A stretch of 64,000 bases of DNA. Origin: Candidatus Bathyarchaeota archaeon (lineage in GTDB: Archaea; Thermoproteota; Bathyarchaeia; Bathyarchaeales; Bathycorpusculaceae). The stretch spans positions 32,001-96,000 of the forward strand of contig CAVYRJ010000001.1 in the NCBI GenBank assembly GCA_963770935.1. Direction: 5' to 3'. Under the pieces are notes generated by a model that was not told the origin of the DNA, did not search any database, and was given only the letters and a program-made list of their open reading frames with translations. Positions 32,937 through 43,523 of the stretch are shown here, one piece after another. The stretch's first letter is position 1; every line of letters starts with the position of its first letter. A program made the translations under genes and the position numbers.

Positions 32937-35256
32937 TTATAGATTAGCTTTCCAAAAGGGTAAGGGCTTTAGGAGCTGCCTAAACACCATTCTGCTTTCT
33001 CCAATGAAGTCTTCTTTTTCTTTCTCTGTGTCCAATTTGTTTATAACACCTTTAAGGTCACTGATGTTTATTTTTAGGTCTGTTGCGTTTGGCAGACTCT
33101 CTAGCAACACCATGAGTTGATTAATTTCTCTTTGATTGTCTTTTTCTCCAACCATTATGCTCAGTATTATGTCGTTGAGTGTGTAATATGCTAAAATTGT
33201 TTTTGCAGCATCTTTATTGTCTGGATGGTTTTCATCAGGTAGCTTGTTCTTTGAAGCAAAAGAAGTAGTCATGCAAAGTCCTAAGAAGACCATAAGTTTC
33301 ATTAGAGGTTTCTTTCGGCAGACGCTTCTCTACGGTCTAGCAAAAGCTTAGAAAAGTCCAAATTGACTAAGCAAGATGTTTGATTCATCAATCTTTTTCC
33401 AGCCGCTTCAGAACGCTTTGAGTAACTCTCTATTTGTTTCCAGTCGATTCTTTTTTGTAGACTTCTAAGAACATCGAATAATGAATCGACAATTTCCAAG
33501 GCTACAGCTGACTGTTTTTTTAGTCTCAACCTGCATGGTTGCCATATTTTGCTCGATTCTTCTTTGTTCTTCCAGATGCACATTAGCTTTTTCCCTTATT
33601 TTTTCAGCCAAAGCAGGCTCTTCAATTACAAATACGTCAGTACCCGCCTTTCCAAGTTACGCTTAATTCATTTCCAAATTGTTTTATGCTTTCTACATCG
33701 GTCACTGGAATTTCCTTGATTATTTCTTTTCGATTTCTAAGGCGCCCTTTTTCTGTGTGAAACCTTATCGTGTTATCAACAAACTCAAGTTGGCCATGTG
33801 CCAAGACTGGTTGAAACAGCTTTTGATGAAAAAGGCACCTGGATAGTTTCTTGGGATGATGAAAATGCGGAGGATGGTGTGCGGCGTTTTTTGTTTTTAA
33901 TAACAAAGTAGGAGGGCACACATGTCAACACGAAAGCGGCAATAGCAACAGATGCGTACAGCGATGGATGCGGATATATTGAAAAAGGGGTTGGAGTGGA
34001 TGGTTGTTCCATTCCAATAGTAGATTGTTGAGTATTTTTCTGTATAATTAAAGTGAGGATCGTCAAAGATTATGTCCAAATTAAATCCGTACTGCTCAAT
34101 TAAAGAAGCTATTTTTGCGCCAATTTGAGGAGCCAAATCGTCTGCTTCCCAAAGACCCCAAATCCTATCATTAGCCTGTCGCATACCCCAACCATAATCC
34201 TTAGGAAGCACCACAGCAACATCAGCCTTTCAGCAACGCCATTTCTTGGAGAACTATGCATTCTGATTCCAAAAAGTCTGCATAGCCTCGAAGTGTTCAT
34301 CCGTTAAGGCGCCATAGGGATTGATTTGGGGATAATTAAAAACTATCACATACTTGGCTCCAGCATCATATGCAGTATTCAATTGCTCAAGCATCTGTGT
34401 TCCACTTGGCAAGTAAGGCGGGTCATTAGTTGCCCATGTTATTATTGCACCCCAATCTTTACCCTGAACATTTGCTGCCCCTCTACACAGACCCAATATG
34501 CTGTGCCTCATTATGATTCCAACCCAACTCCGCGAACACCACATCATATCCAGCTAAATAATCCAACCAGTAGAGCGCATTATCAGCGGTAAACACAGGA
34601 ATTACTCGTCCTGTGCATTAGGGATTGAATTACGATACCGTGCGTTGTTTAGTCGTTGGACATAGTAGCTGCCGAGGCCCCTTGTAAAATTTTTTGCTGC
34701 CTGACTGTAGTCCGTAACATTAGCAAAAGTTGTTTGAGTTCCTTCCGCTATAGGTTGTTGTCGAACCCATTATAGTTTCCAACATCAATTTGTTTGCCTC
34801 CAGGTTCGTCGAGGACGTAAGCTCCTAAAAACTTGTCTCCCCACCTATCGTTTGCCGAGCTCAGCCAAGCAACATGTGAAATGGCTCAACACCCGCATCT
34901 CTAAAAAGGTCTAATCTAGACCCGTTAAGTTGAGTTGTGAGTTGAAAAAGACGAAACTAAAGTACACCATAAAGTACAGGTTAGCGTCATAAGCGTATTG
35001 ACAGATTTCAGTAAGGGTAGTTTCATTCAGTGCAACATCCCAGTTGTCGACTACGAAGAGGTTGGTGTATCCCTTCACCTTGTCTATCAGAAGTTTCGCT
35101 TCGGCTAGTGGTGTTTCCGCCAAAAGTAACTCCGAAAAAGGGTATATCTTGAGCAGAAGTACCAGTGCTGGCTTTTGCCGGGTAAAAACAAACGCTAGGC
35201 AAAAAAACTACAGTAATCAGTAAAATAGCAATTGGAAATTTCAAGATAAATTTCAT
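32937..35256 (-). CDS. Secreted DEPGG-motif domain + TM + cytoplasmic domains; one fused gene or two adjacent genes (many frameshifts)
   Basis: Signal peptide, FGVTFGG, LIDKVKGYTNLFVV, FLGAYVLDEPGG, LCRGAA...WGAIITW, LPKDYGWGMR, YYWNGT, then TM YASVAIAAFVLTCVPSYFVIKNKKRR and cytoplasmic fragments to 32937. Confidence 0.55.
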
Positions 35257-35575
35257 GTCTTACCAATTAAAGGAGTTATTTTGTGAGGGAAATAAGTGTT
35301 TCTAATATTGAAGGTAATAGAAAAATAAATTGGAAAAAGCTGATTCCAATTAGCAAGCGAGCATATAATTTGGTGAAAAACATAAGGCTTATTACCAAAT
35401 TTTTATTCAGTAGGATGAGTGCGTCAATAAGTCAACATTTGCAGATCTTAGAAGAGAAGGAAAGCACCTTCGCGGAAAAAACAACCATGTCATCATACCT
35501 ATCAGTATTGCGAAAACGTTCTACAGTCGTTAACCATAAATCAGTCCATAGCTGGCTGCTCACAATTAAACGGCA

Positions 35576-37069
35576 GTGACAAATATGCGTGTTTGCCTAA
35601 TTAATCCACCTCGTATTCAACCGAGATTTTGGGGAAACCTCGGCATTCTTCAACCAATGGATATAGCGTATGTAGCAGCGCTTCTGGAAAAGGAACATGA
35701 GGTGCGCATCATAGATGCTGCTAACGAGGGATGGAAAAATTTTGAGCAAATTGATGAGACTAAATGTAGACAAGGATTAACAAATAAAGAAATAGCGGCT
35801 AGAATTAAGCAGATATCTCCAGATGTTGTTGGAATAACTATTTCATTCTCAGGTTGGTGGAGAACCGCTAATGAAGTTGCTGCAACAGTGAAAAACCTTG
35901 ACAAGGACATTATCACAGTTTTGAGCGGTTTACATCCATCTGCGAGACCTGTAGAGTGCCTTGAGCAGCCATACACTGATTTTGTCATAAGAGGAGAACC
36001 AGAATACACTACGATGGAGTTGATCCAAGCACTCGAACAGGAGAGCAAAGATTTCAAAAAAATCCGAGGAATCGGTTACAAGGAAAATGGAAAAACAATT
36101 ATCACGGAACTACGACCTCCAATTGAAGATTTGGATGCTTTGCCTTTTCCTGCTAGGCATTTGCTTCCCATGGAAACATACTTTGCCGCAGCAAAAGAAC
36201 TCCCGCCCAGAGGAGAGGTAACTAAACGTTGGACCACTTTGACAACTAGTAGGGGGTGCCCGTATAATTGCGTGTTTTGTTCAATTCACACTGTTATGAG
36301 CAGAAAATGGCGTGCAAGAAGCCCACAAAACGTTATTGGCGAATTAGAAGAGGTTGTTGAATCCTATCGAATTAAGCAGCTTGATATCGTTGATGAAAAC
36401 ATGACGCTTGACCCGAAAAGAATGGAGTCTATTTGTGATTTGATGGTGCAGCGGGGATTGGATGTTGAGTGGTTTGCTCCCAATGGAGTTAGGGCAGATA
36501 CATTGGATGAGGGTCTTTTGAGAAAAATGAAGGCGTCAGGCTGCAAGAAAATTCGTGTTGCTCCTGAGTCGGGCGTTCAACGAGTTGTTGACAACATTGT
36601 GAAGAAGAACTTGGATTTAAGATCTGTAGAAAAAGCGGTAATTCTGTCAAAAAAAGTCGGAATTAAAGTGGGCTGTTTCTTTGTTGTTGGCCTTATAGGG
36701 GAAACAAGGGAAGACATAGAGCAAACCATAGCCTTTGCTCAGAAGCTTAAGCGGCTGGGGGCTGATAGCTTCTACTTCAGCTATGCTACACCCGTTTATG
36801 GAACTGAACTCTACGAGCAGGCTAAACAGGGTGGCTTTCTGCGGGACTGTTTCAGTGACGACGCATTGGCTGAGGCTAAACCGCTCATTGAAACGCCTGA
36901 GTTGAGCGCGGATGAGATGGTTAAGTTGTGTGCGAGGGCAAATTTGGTTAATCCAACGTTTACTTATGATAGAATCATAAGGGCTATGCGGGACCCCAAA
37001 AAGGCAGCTAAAGGTCTATTGCGGGGTATCGCTAAAAAGAAGTTATTGCTCAAATACGCAAAGCAGTGA
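35576..37069 (+). CDS. Cobalamin-binding (class B-like) radical SAM protein
   Basis: VCLINPP, DVVGIT, SGLHPS, RGEPE, TSRGCPYNCVFC, DEN, APESG. Confidence 0.9.
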   Translation: MTNMRVCLINPPRIQPRFWGNLGILQPMDIAYVAALLEKEHEVRIIDAANEGWKNFEQIDETKCRQGLTNKEIAARIKQISPDVVGITISFSGWWRTANEVAATVKNLDKDIITVLSGLHPSARPVECLEQPYTDFVIRGEPEYTTMELIQALEQESKDFKKIRGIGYKENGKTIITELRPPIEDLDALPFPARHLLPMETYFAAAKELPPRGEVTKRWTTLTTSRGCPYNCVFCSIHTVMSRKWRARSPQNVIGELEEVVESYRIKQLDIVDENMTLDPKRMESICDLMVQRGLDVEWFAPNGVRADTLDEGLLRKMKASGCKKIRVAPESGVQRVVDNIVKKNLDLRSVEKAVILSKKVGIKVGCFFVVGLIGETREDIEQTIAFAQKLKRLGADSFYFSYATPVYGTELYEQAKQGGFLRDCFSDDALAEAKPLIETPELSADEMVKLCARANLVNPTFTYDRIIRAMRDPKKAAKGLLRGIAKKKLLLKYAKQ

Positions 37070-37086
37070 GTTGTTTATAGTTTCTG

Positions 37087-38115
37087 TTAAACTGGGAAGA
37101 AAAACCATCTCGTCACCAAGATAACGACGAAGCACAACAACATCCACAAAACAATGGTCACATCCCTAATCCGCAAGGCACCCAAAATCTTTTCCCCAGT
37201 TAACGGCTCTTGAGGGTCACCAAGAATGTATTGTCCAGGCTTCTCCAACTGAACCCGCAGTGCACCAGCAACAGCAGCCATTGGCCACCCGTGATTGCGG
37301 CTAGGAGTTTTTCTATGATCTCGATAAGCTATTCGCCAAGCGTTTTTGGCGTCCATTCGGAGGATAAACGCTGCTACAATCATCAATAATGCAGTTAATC
37401 TTGTGGGAATGTAATTGACGACGGTGTCAAGGTTCGCACTAAACCAGCCAGTGTTGATATGTTCTTTTGTTTTAAAGCCAACCATACCGTCAAGCGTGTT
37501 TATGGCTCGGAAAACTATGGCGCCTGTGACTCCGAAAAGGGCAAATGACATCATTGGTGAAAGTTTGAAGTCTATGAGGTTTTCTGACATGGATTCGATA
37601 ACTGCGCTGCTGATTTGGGAGCCGTTTAGGGTTCGGCTGTCTCTTCTGGAGAAGTGGCTGTATTTTTTGGCTTCATCTAGGTCGTTGGCTTGGATTGCTT
37701 TGGCGGCGGCTTTTGCCCAATCTGTCTCAAGCTTAATGCAAATAGTCATTTTGAGGATTATGATGCCGATGAAAGCGTAGATGAAAATGCCAAGGGAGAA
37801 CCAAGTAATATACGTGACAAATAACCATAAGCCAAAGAAGACGGGAAGCGCAAAAGCGGCAATCACCGTCAAACCCAACAGAACACCAAGGAACTTCTCT
37901 ACTTTTGGATTGGGATTCTTGAAGTAAGGTTCGATTTTCGCTGTAAAATTGCCCATCAACACGGTTGGGTGCAGCTTAAACACTAACCGATCAGGATTGT
38001 TCGGTGAAGGGTCGCCAAGAAACAAGTCTAAGACGACAGCCAAAACCAACATAATGGCGGCTACTATGATGTTTGTGGCGTTTTGCACCAACCACGGAGT
38101 AAGGGTGAGCAGCAT
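37087..38115 (-). CDS. cbiB: Adenosylcobinamide-phosphate synthase
   Basis: LDLFLGDP, HPTV, SRRD, IESMSEN, FRAINTLDGMVG, LDTVVNYIPTRL, SRNHGWPMAA, LEKPG. Confidence 0.92.
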   Translation of the reverse strand: MLLTLTPWLVQNATNIIVAAIMLVLAVVLDLFLGDPSPNNPDRLVFKLHPTVLMGNFTAKIEPYFKNPNPKVEKFLGVLLGLTVIAAFALPVFFGLWLFVTYITWFSLGIFIYAFIGIIILKMTICIKLETDWAKAAAKAIQANDLDEAKKYSHFSRRDSRTLNGSQISSAVIESMSENLIDFKLSPMMSFALFGVTGAIVFRAINTLDGMVGFKTKEHINTGWFSANLDTVVNYIPTRLTALLMIVAAFILRMDAKNAWRIAYRDHRKTPSRNHGWPMAAVAGALRVQLEKPGQYILGDPQEPLTGEKILGALRIRDVTIVLWMLLCFVVILVTRWFFFPV

Positions 38116-38200
38116 TGTTTCGATACTTTGGAGACTCGCTTAATATTAATTACGGTAGCTCCCAAAAGAATGCCACTGTGGGAAAATATAGCTCCTTATC

Positions 38201-38995
38201 TTAAGGCGCCTTTTCCGCGTGTGTTTTATTCCACTCTTCGTTAAAGTAGCCTGTCGCTATTATCAAAACATGGGGGTTGTTTGACCATAAACTGGGCAGG
38301 ATGTTGTCTTGGCATACTTGCAGAGTAATCTGTTTGTTGTCAAATATGTGCATTCCAAATTGAATGGGATCATCTGTGTATTTTACTTGAAAAGAGGGTT
38401 TTTCTATAAGAGGTCCCCAGATTACATGGGGCAACTCATCTTCGGGGGGCTTTTGTGTGATTAATCGGATTTTTAGGTTTTTCTTTGTTTCGATCATGTT
38501 TTTGAGCAAGAGCCATTCGTTCTCAAATTTCATCGGAACCTTTATCGTAGGTAAAATAATATCTATGCTGTTTTGGCTTTTCTGAATGAGTTTTTGGTGT
38601 GTTTTAAGAAAGAGCGTTACTTCTGAAGTAATGATGTATTGTGCACTTTCAGAAGGACATGCGTTTTTTTTAACTATGGGAAAACAATCAAGCAATAAAT
38701 CTTTTTTCTTGACTAGATCGTTGTATTTTTGTTTTTTATTCTCAAGTAATATACAGAGCGCTTCGTTTATGGGCGTGGCTCTATACCGGGTTGGTTTGGC
38801 TATAATTTTTTCCACTAGCCCTATTTTCTCTAATGTTGGCATGATCCTGTAAATATCCTGTCGAGCTACATTGGTATCTTTTGCAAGTAGTTTTACATCT
38901 GCTTCATAAAATTTAACAAGGTTTAGGTATATTGTTGCCTGGAGCAAGCTAAGACCAAAATCCATAAGGAGATGTATACTTTCGCCCATATTCAT
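38201..38995 (-). CDS. TrmB family transcriptional regulator
   Basis: FGLSLLQATIY, RQDIYRIMPTLEKIGLVEK and PTRYRATP HTH, plus a C-terminal effector domain (IFDNK). Confidence 0.85.
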   Translation of the reverse strand: MNMGESIHLLMDFGLSLLQATIYLNLVKFYEADVKLLAKDTNVARQDIYRIMPTLEKIGLVEKIIAKPTRYRATPINEALCILLENKKQKYNDLVKKKDLLLDCFPIVKKNACPSESAQYIITSEVTLFLKTHQKLIQKSQNSIDIILPTIKVPMKFENEWLLLKNMIETKKNLKIRLITQKPPEDELPHVIWGPLIEKPSFQVKYTDDPIQFGMHIFDNKQITLQVCQDNILPSLWSNNPHVLIIATGYFNEEWNKTHAEKAP

Positions 38996-39100
38996 TTTAT
39001 GCGTCTTCCGTAGCGTGATAAATATGAGCTTTAAGTCTTAAGGTTTTAGCGTGTCAGATTTCTCAATCTCTTGGTTAGCCCAATTTGTGTGCTGGTTGAG

Positions 39101-39114
39101 CAAAAAAAAGGGAT
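39101..39114 (-). terminator. U-tract terminator after propeller gene 1
   Basis: Minus strand ATCCCTTTTTTTTG about 20 nt after the stop codon. Same pattern follows all five paralogues. Confidence 0.6.
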
Positions 39115-39131
39115 AGGTTTTTGATTTGTTT

Positions 39132-41561
39132 TTATGGTCGTTTCTTGAGTAATAGCAGAACCATTACTATGCCGACAAGCGCGATAGCAACTATTATTCC
39201 AGCGATTGCGGGGATAAAGTATAGGTCAGCTGCTGAGGGTGAAGCGGTTGCGACGGGGGCTTGAGTGGTTGTTGGTTCTGAAACGGTGAAAGCGGTATCT
39301 GCGTGTGAGGGCCAATATGATTCAGAGCCGACAAAGTTGGCAGTAACAGTGTAGGTGCCTGAGATGTCAGGTTTCCAGTTCAAGCTAAAGAAGCCATTTG
39401 CGTTAGTGGTGGTTTGGCCTATTGAGCGTTGGTTACCGTTTGAGTCAATGACATTGATTGTTACTAAGACGCCTGTGGTGTTGGTTGGTTTGGGTTGTTG
39501 CTGGTAAATATATGCCATCCAATCTGTTTGGCTTTCGTCTGAGACTGCTGGAACACCGTTGGGGAAACGTGAAGCTTGTTCTTGTGCCTCAGTGCCTGGG
39601 GAAATGTCGATTACGGTACCTTTGATGAGGACGCTTTTGTCCGATGGAACTTCTATGTCGGGTGCTGAAACTGTGACAGCGGTTGGACCTTTGCCAAAGT
39701 TGTAGATGCTGTTGTCATAGTGGTTGTATGCCGTAACGGTTCCGTCTGCGATTACTGGTCCTTGCAGCCATCCTTGTGAGCGCCATATTTCTTCACCGGT
39801 GGTAGCATTAACCGCGACCAGTGCTGCTCCGCGGTAAAGCGGGTGGTTGGGGCTGTGTTCGCCTACTGCTGCAAAGATTTTTCCGTCTGCTGCAACGTGT
39901 AAGCCGTTTCCCAATGGATACGTGCCGTAGGGTGTTTCGTAACCTGCGTTGCCGATGTAGTAGTTCCAGTCGTTGTTTCCTGTTTCCATATCGAAACAGT
40001 GTATCGTGCCGTCGTATGCTACTGCATATAATTTGCCATATGCGACAACTGGGCTAGATGCGCCTAGACCGTTTCCGCCTGAGGTGTACATGCCCCATGC
40101 GCTTTCATACGGTTCAGTTTGCCAGAGTTGTTTTCCGGTGGTTGCGTCATAGCCGTACCATGTCATGGTTTCTTGTTTGAACCATGCAAATTTTCCGTCG
40201 ACTTCTCCTGTGAAGAAGTACGTGGCTGATTCGGTGCTTGAGACGTTGAAGTTGAATAGCTGGGCTCCATTTTTTGTACTGTATCCTGTGACGCTTATGA
40301 CTCTATCTACACCTGTACCGACTGCGTTGGCTGCAATTATTGTGTTCTTACCCATTGTTGCGATGCTTTGGCTGCCTGGGACGTCTGGTACGCTTACGTT
40401 CCATTCAATACCTCGGCTCCAAGTAACGTTTATGCCGGCGTTTGCTCTCCAGTCCCATCCTTGACTTCCACCTGTTTGGTTGACTATGGCTTTGGTTGCA
40501 TTCCACAATGTGAGCGTGTTTTGTGCGCCGCTAAGGATGTAGGACAACAGGTTACCTTTTTCGTCTAATGCATGTCTGCCAGTGGTGGCGTTGACGATTC
40601 GAAGTATTTCTGTTCCGGTGACGGGATCATACATTCTGTAGGTGGCTCCAGAGCTCCAGAGGTATGAAAACGCTCCGTGCTGGTTTGGTGAGTCGAATTC
40701 GAATGATTGACCGAATGATATGGTTGTGCCATTTTGGAACCAAAGTTGTTCGCCCGTTGCTAGATCTCGGCATACGAGCCCTAGGGTTGCCGATGCTCCA
40801 AGTCGTTGTTGATAGTAGAGTTTTCCGTTTAGAATTACTGGAGGTGACCATTTGCTTTCGTATGAAGCGCCGCTGTAGTAACCCAGATTTCCCAGCTCTC
40901 CGCTAACTAGTCCGCCTAGATCTTTTTCTTTTTTCCATAGAACGTGTGCACTGTTTGTAGCTGAACCGACTGGGACCCAGTTGGATCCTCCTGCCCATGA
41001 GCTGCCAACGACCATAGGTAAGCCGTACCAATTGTTTTCAATTGCATACCAGGCTCTATTCTGTGCGTTGATGGGTCTTGTCCAGTATTCCTGTGGAAGA
41101 GGTGTGTTAGGATAATCACCAATGGGTTCATCTTGAACAACTAGAACGATGTCAGGTGCTGTAGTACCTTTGATGGTGCGGGTGCCGACTGTTTCTCCTG
41201 GATAGCTGAATTTGATTGTGTAGGTGCCGACTTCGGTGGGTGTGATTGATATGTATTTTGAGCCTACTGGATCAGAAGGTCCAACGTCTGTTGTTATCTT
41301 TCCAGATGGGCTTATGACTGTTATGTTGTAGTTTGTCCATGTTGCAGTGGCGCTACCTGGGTATGCGTTGTTTGGAAGAAGGTCGACCCACGCAGTGACT
41401 TGGGCTCTTTGCCCAAGTCCAACGGGGTTGGGACTGACTGATAGAAAGCCATAGGTTGGGAAGTCTTCAGCTTGGACTGCAGGAACAAAGATAGATAGCA
41501 TTGACATTATCAGAATCGATGCGATTACTATTGACAGAGTTTTCACTTTTATTTGTCTCAT
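39132..41561 (-). CDS. Surface-anchored PQQ-like beta-propeller protein, paralogue 1 (809 aa)
   Basis: Signal peptide (VQA/E), Ig-like N domain, DxxTGxxxW repeats, Ig-like C domain, Pro/Thr linker, TM and LLKKRP end. Confidence 0.85.
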   Translation of the reverse strand: MRQIKVKTLSIVIASILIMSMLSIFVPAVQAEDFPTYGFLSVSPNPVGLGQRAQVTAWVDLLPNNAYPGSATATWTNYNITVISPSGKITTDVGPSDPVGSKYISITPTEVGTYTIKFSYPGETVGTRTIKGTTAPDIVLVVQDEPIGDYPNTPLPQEYWTRPINAQNRAWYAIENNWYGLPMVVGSSWAGGSNWVPVGSATNSAHVLWKKEKDLGGLVSGELGNLGYYSGASYESKWSPPVILNGKLYYQQRLGASATLGLVCRDLATGEQLWFQNGTTISFGQSFEFDSPNQHGAFSYLWSSGATYRMYDPVTGTEILRIVNATTGRHALDEKGNLLSYILSGAQNTLTLWNATKAIVNQTGGSQGWDWRANAGINVTWSRGIEWNVSVPDVPGSQSIATMGKNTIIAANAVGTGVDRVISVTGYSTKNGAQLFNFNVSSTESATYFFTGEVDGKFAWFKQETMTWYGYDATTGKQLWQTEPYESAWGMYTSGGNGLGASSPVVAYGKLYAVAYDGTIHCFDMETGNNDWNYYIGNAGYETPYGTYPLGNGLHVAADGKIFAAVGEHSPNHPLYRGAALVAVNATTGEEIWRSQGWLQGPVIADGTVTAYNHYDNSIYNFGKGPTAVTVSAPDIEVPSDKSVLIKGTVIDISPGTEAQEQASRFPNGVPAVSDESQTDWMAYIYQQQPKPTNTTGVLVTINVIDSNGNQRSIGQTTTNANGFFSLNWKPDISGTYTVTANFVGSESYWPSHADTAFTVSEPTTTQAPVATASPSAADLYFIPAIAGIIVAIALVGIVMVLLLLKKRP

Positions 41562-42097
41562 TTTTTCTTTTTCTCCAATTTTTATAGTCCTTCATATTCA
41601 GTTCGTACTCGATTTAAACGCTTGTAACAAGTACCACTTTTGACAAGTGAACATTTGTTAAACTCTATCAAGAGATATGCATTATTTTTATGAAAAATGT
41701 CTTCATTTAGCTTTCTTAATTGGTGAAGTAGCGATACTGATTACTCAATCTGCTTGTTGAAGCTCTTGTATACAGGATTTTTTTGGATTTTGGCTAAGGT
41801 GACGGTTGTTTCTGAGGCAATTTTTTGGTTGAAGGATCGCAGTACAGAAAAAAACATCTATCATAACATTCTAGATTTGCAAAAATTCTGTTCCTAAAGT
41901 CTTGACTTAAAATTAAGCCGTGAACGCATTATCTTTGGAACGAGAGCGCATCCAAATCGGTGTATTTTGCCGTAAGGATAACAGCCAGAGCGTACATGAC
42001 GACCCCTAAGATTGGACGTCAGCAATTGGTCTTTGCTGTTGTAGGGATAGTTGTTGTTTGTTAGAAAACGTGAGATTTGCTTTTAAAGAATAAAGCG

Positions 42098-42316
42098 CTA
42101 ATCTCTCTGTTTGACCACGTATGCGGCTATGATTGAGATTATGATAAGGGCTATGAATATTATTCCAAATATGGACATTGGTGTTCTGAAGTTGGGGTCG
42201 CCTATGAGAGTGTCGTTTGAGGGCATTGGAACATAAAAAGCAGCCAAGAAAATACCAAAGAAAACGATGCCTATGCCTTGCGCCAAAAACACTAACGAGG
42301 TCAATTGACTTTTCAT
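42098..42316 (-). CDS. Small two-TM membrane protein
   Basis: 72 aa with two hydrophobic helices. Confidence 0.6.
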   Translation of the reverse strand: MKSQLTSLVFLAQGIGIVFFGIFLAAFYVPMPSNDTLIGDPNFRTPMSIFGIIFIALIIISIIAAYVVKQRD

Positions 42317-42456
42317 TTGACTAACCCATCCATCAATTTAAGCTAACGAAAGCTTACACTTTCATATTCTCTGCAGAACATATAAGCTTACACTTTACAA
42401 TAATCTAGCAAGCATAATATACAACTTAACATTTTCTTTATTACAAGGGAAAGTAG

Positions 42457-43353
42457 ATGTCCAGCGCTAAATCTAGTTATATGATTCGAACAGGATTATT
42501 TTTAACTGCTTTGTCTTGGTTCGCGTTTACGTTTTACGAGTTTGTTAATGCAATCACTCATGTTATCCAGCCCAACAGTGATAATCCGGTTTGGACTTGG
42601 CTGGTGCTTCAAGAAACCGGAGGAACCGTGGGTTTAGGCTTAAGAACAGCAGGCGGCTTAATCGCAGTTATAGCTTGCCTGTTCTATCTCGTAAAAAGGG
42701 ACCTCTCCGAACCAGAAGCTCTTATGGCACTTCGGCTGGTTGTAATCTTTGAAGCCTCATATTGGCTTTCCTTCCTCTTCTCTATAAGTCCTCGCGGCTT
42801 CACCAACATAAGCGCACTAATCGAGAACAACCTGCCAATTATCGTGCAGGCAACCGTTCTACCCATTGTTTTGATTATATTATTTTTCCACTTGACTCCA
42901 AAAAGGGCATCGACCGGCGGATTAAAGTGGGGGCTGATTTCAGGCATCGTTTACATTCTGGTCCTTTGGCTCAATAACGCGGGCAACTGGATAGCCGCAG
43001 CCATGATAAAAGGAATGGATTACTTAACACTGTACCCAGCGAACCTGTTTAGTTTCGGTTTAACCGTAGTCGGGTTGCTTTTGCTAGCTCTCTACACAGC
43101 GTATTTTACCAAGAAAACAATCGCAAAACACGACATCACACAATTAAACCTAAGAACAATAGGTTTCATCATCACTGCCTTCGGATTGTACTTTGACATA
43201 GTATACGTTATGTTCCTCTCTTTGGGAGCGGTTGGCGGCTGGGGAATGTGGTACGCTTGGTTTACGGGTCACAACTTGGACTTGTGGCTAATGGCACTTC
43301 CATTCGCGGGTCTCCCATTCCTTTTTCAAAATAAAAATGAAACCTCATCCTAA
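42457..43353 (+). CDS. Multi-pass hypothetical membrane protein
   Basis: 298 aa with about 8 hydrophobic segments. No family recognised. Confidence 0.75.
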   Translation: MSSAKSSYMIRTGLFLTALSWFAFTFYEFVNAITHVIQPNSDNPVWTWLVLQETGGTVGLGLRTAGGLIAVIACLFYLVKRDLSEPEALMALRLVVIFEASYWLSFLFSISPRGFTNISALIENNLPIIVQATVLPIVLIILFFHLTPKRASTGGLKWGLISGIVYILVLWLNNAGNWIAAAMIKGMDYLTLYPANLFSFGLTVVGLLLLALYTAYFTKKTIAKHDITQLNLRTIGFIITAFGLYFDIVYVMFLSLGAVGGWGMWYAWFTGHNLDLWLMALPFAGLPFLFQNKNETSS

Positions 43354-43481
43354 CCCTTTACGAGCAGTTGCGGTAAAAATTGAGGCAACTCGAAACAATC
43401 ACGCATTTTTGTTTTGTTTTCAAATGTCTTGCCAGAAATACGCTAATTATTAGTACCAAGATGGAATTCTAAGTTAAAGCT

Positions 43482-43500
43482 AAAAACAAAAAAAGGGAAA
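43482..43500 (-). terminator. U-tract terminator after propeller gene 2
   Basis: Minus strand TTTCCCTTTTTTTGTTTTT. Confidence 0.6.
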
Positions 43501-43523
43501 GTTTGTTTTTGTTTTATGGTAGT

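Noticed and set aside
9460-35256. Widespread frameshifts read as pseudogenisation or programmed frameshifting
   Set aside because: They hit normally essential genes (polB1, aglB, aglH), catalytic motifs stay intact, several fall in homopolymer runs, and density is patchy. This is the signature of long-read consensus error.
35283-35575. Cobalamin riboswitch upstream of the B12 radical SAM gene
   Set aside because: No B12-box or conserved core recognised, and such riboswitches are not established in this group.
41640-42097. Long intergenic region as ncRNA or small gene
   Set aside because: No convincing ORF, stable structure or repeat could be identified by eye.
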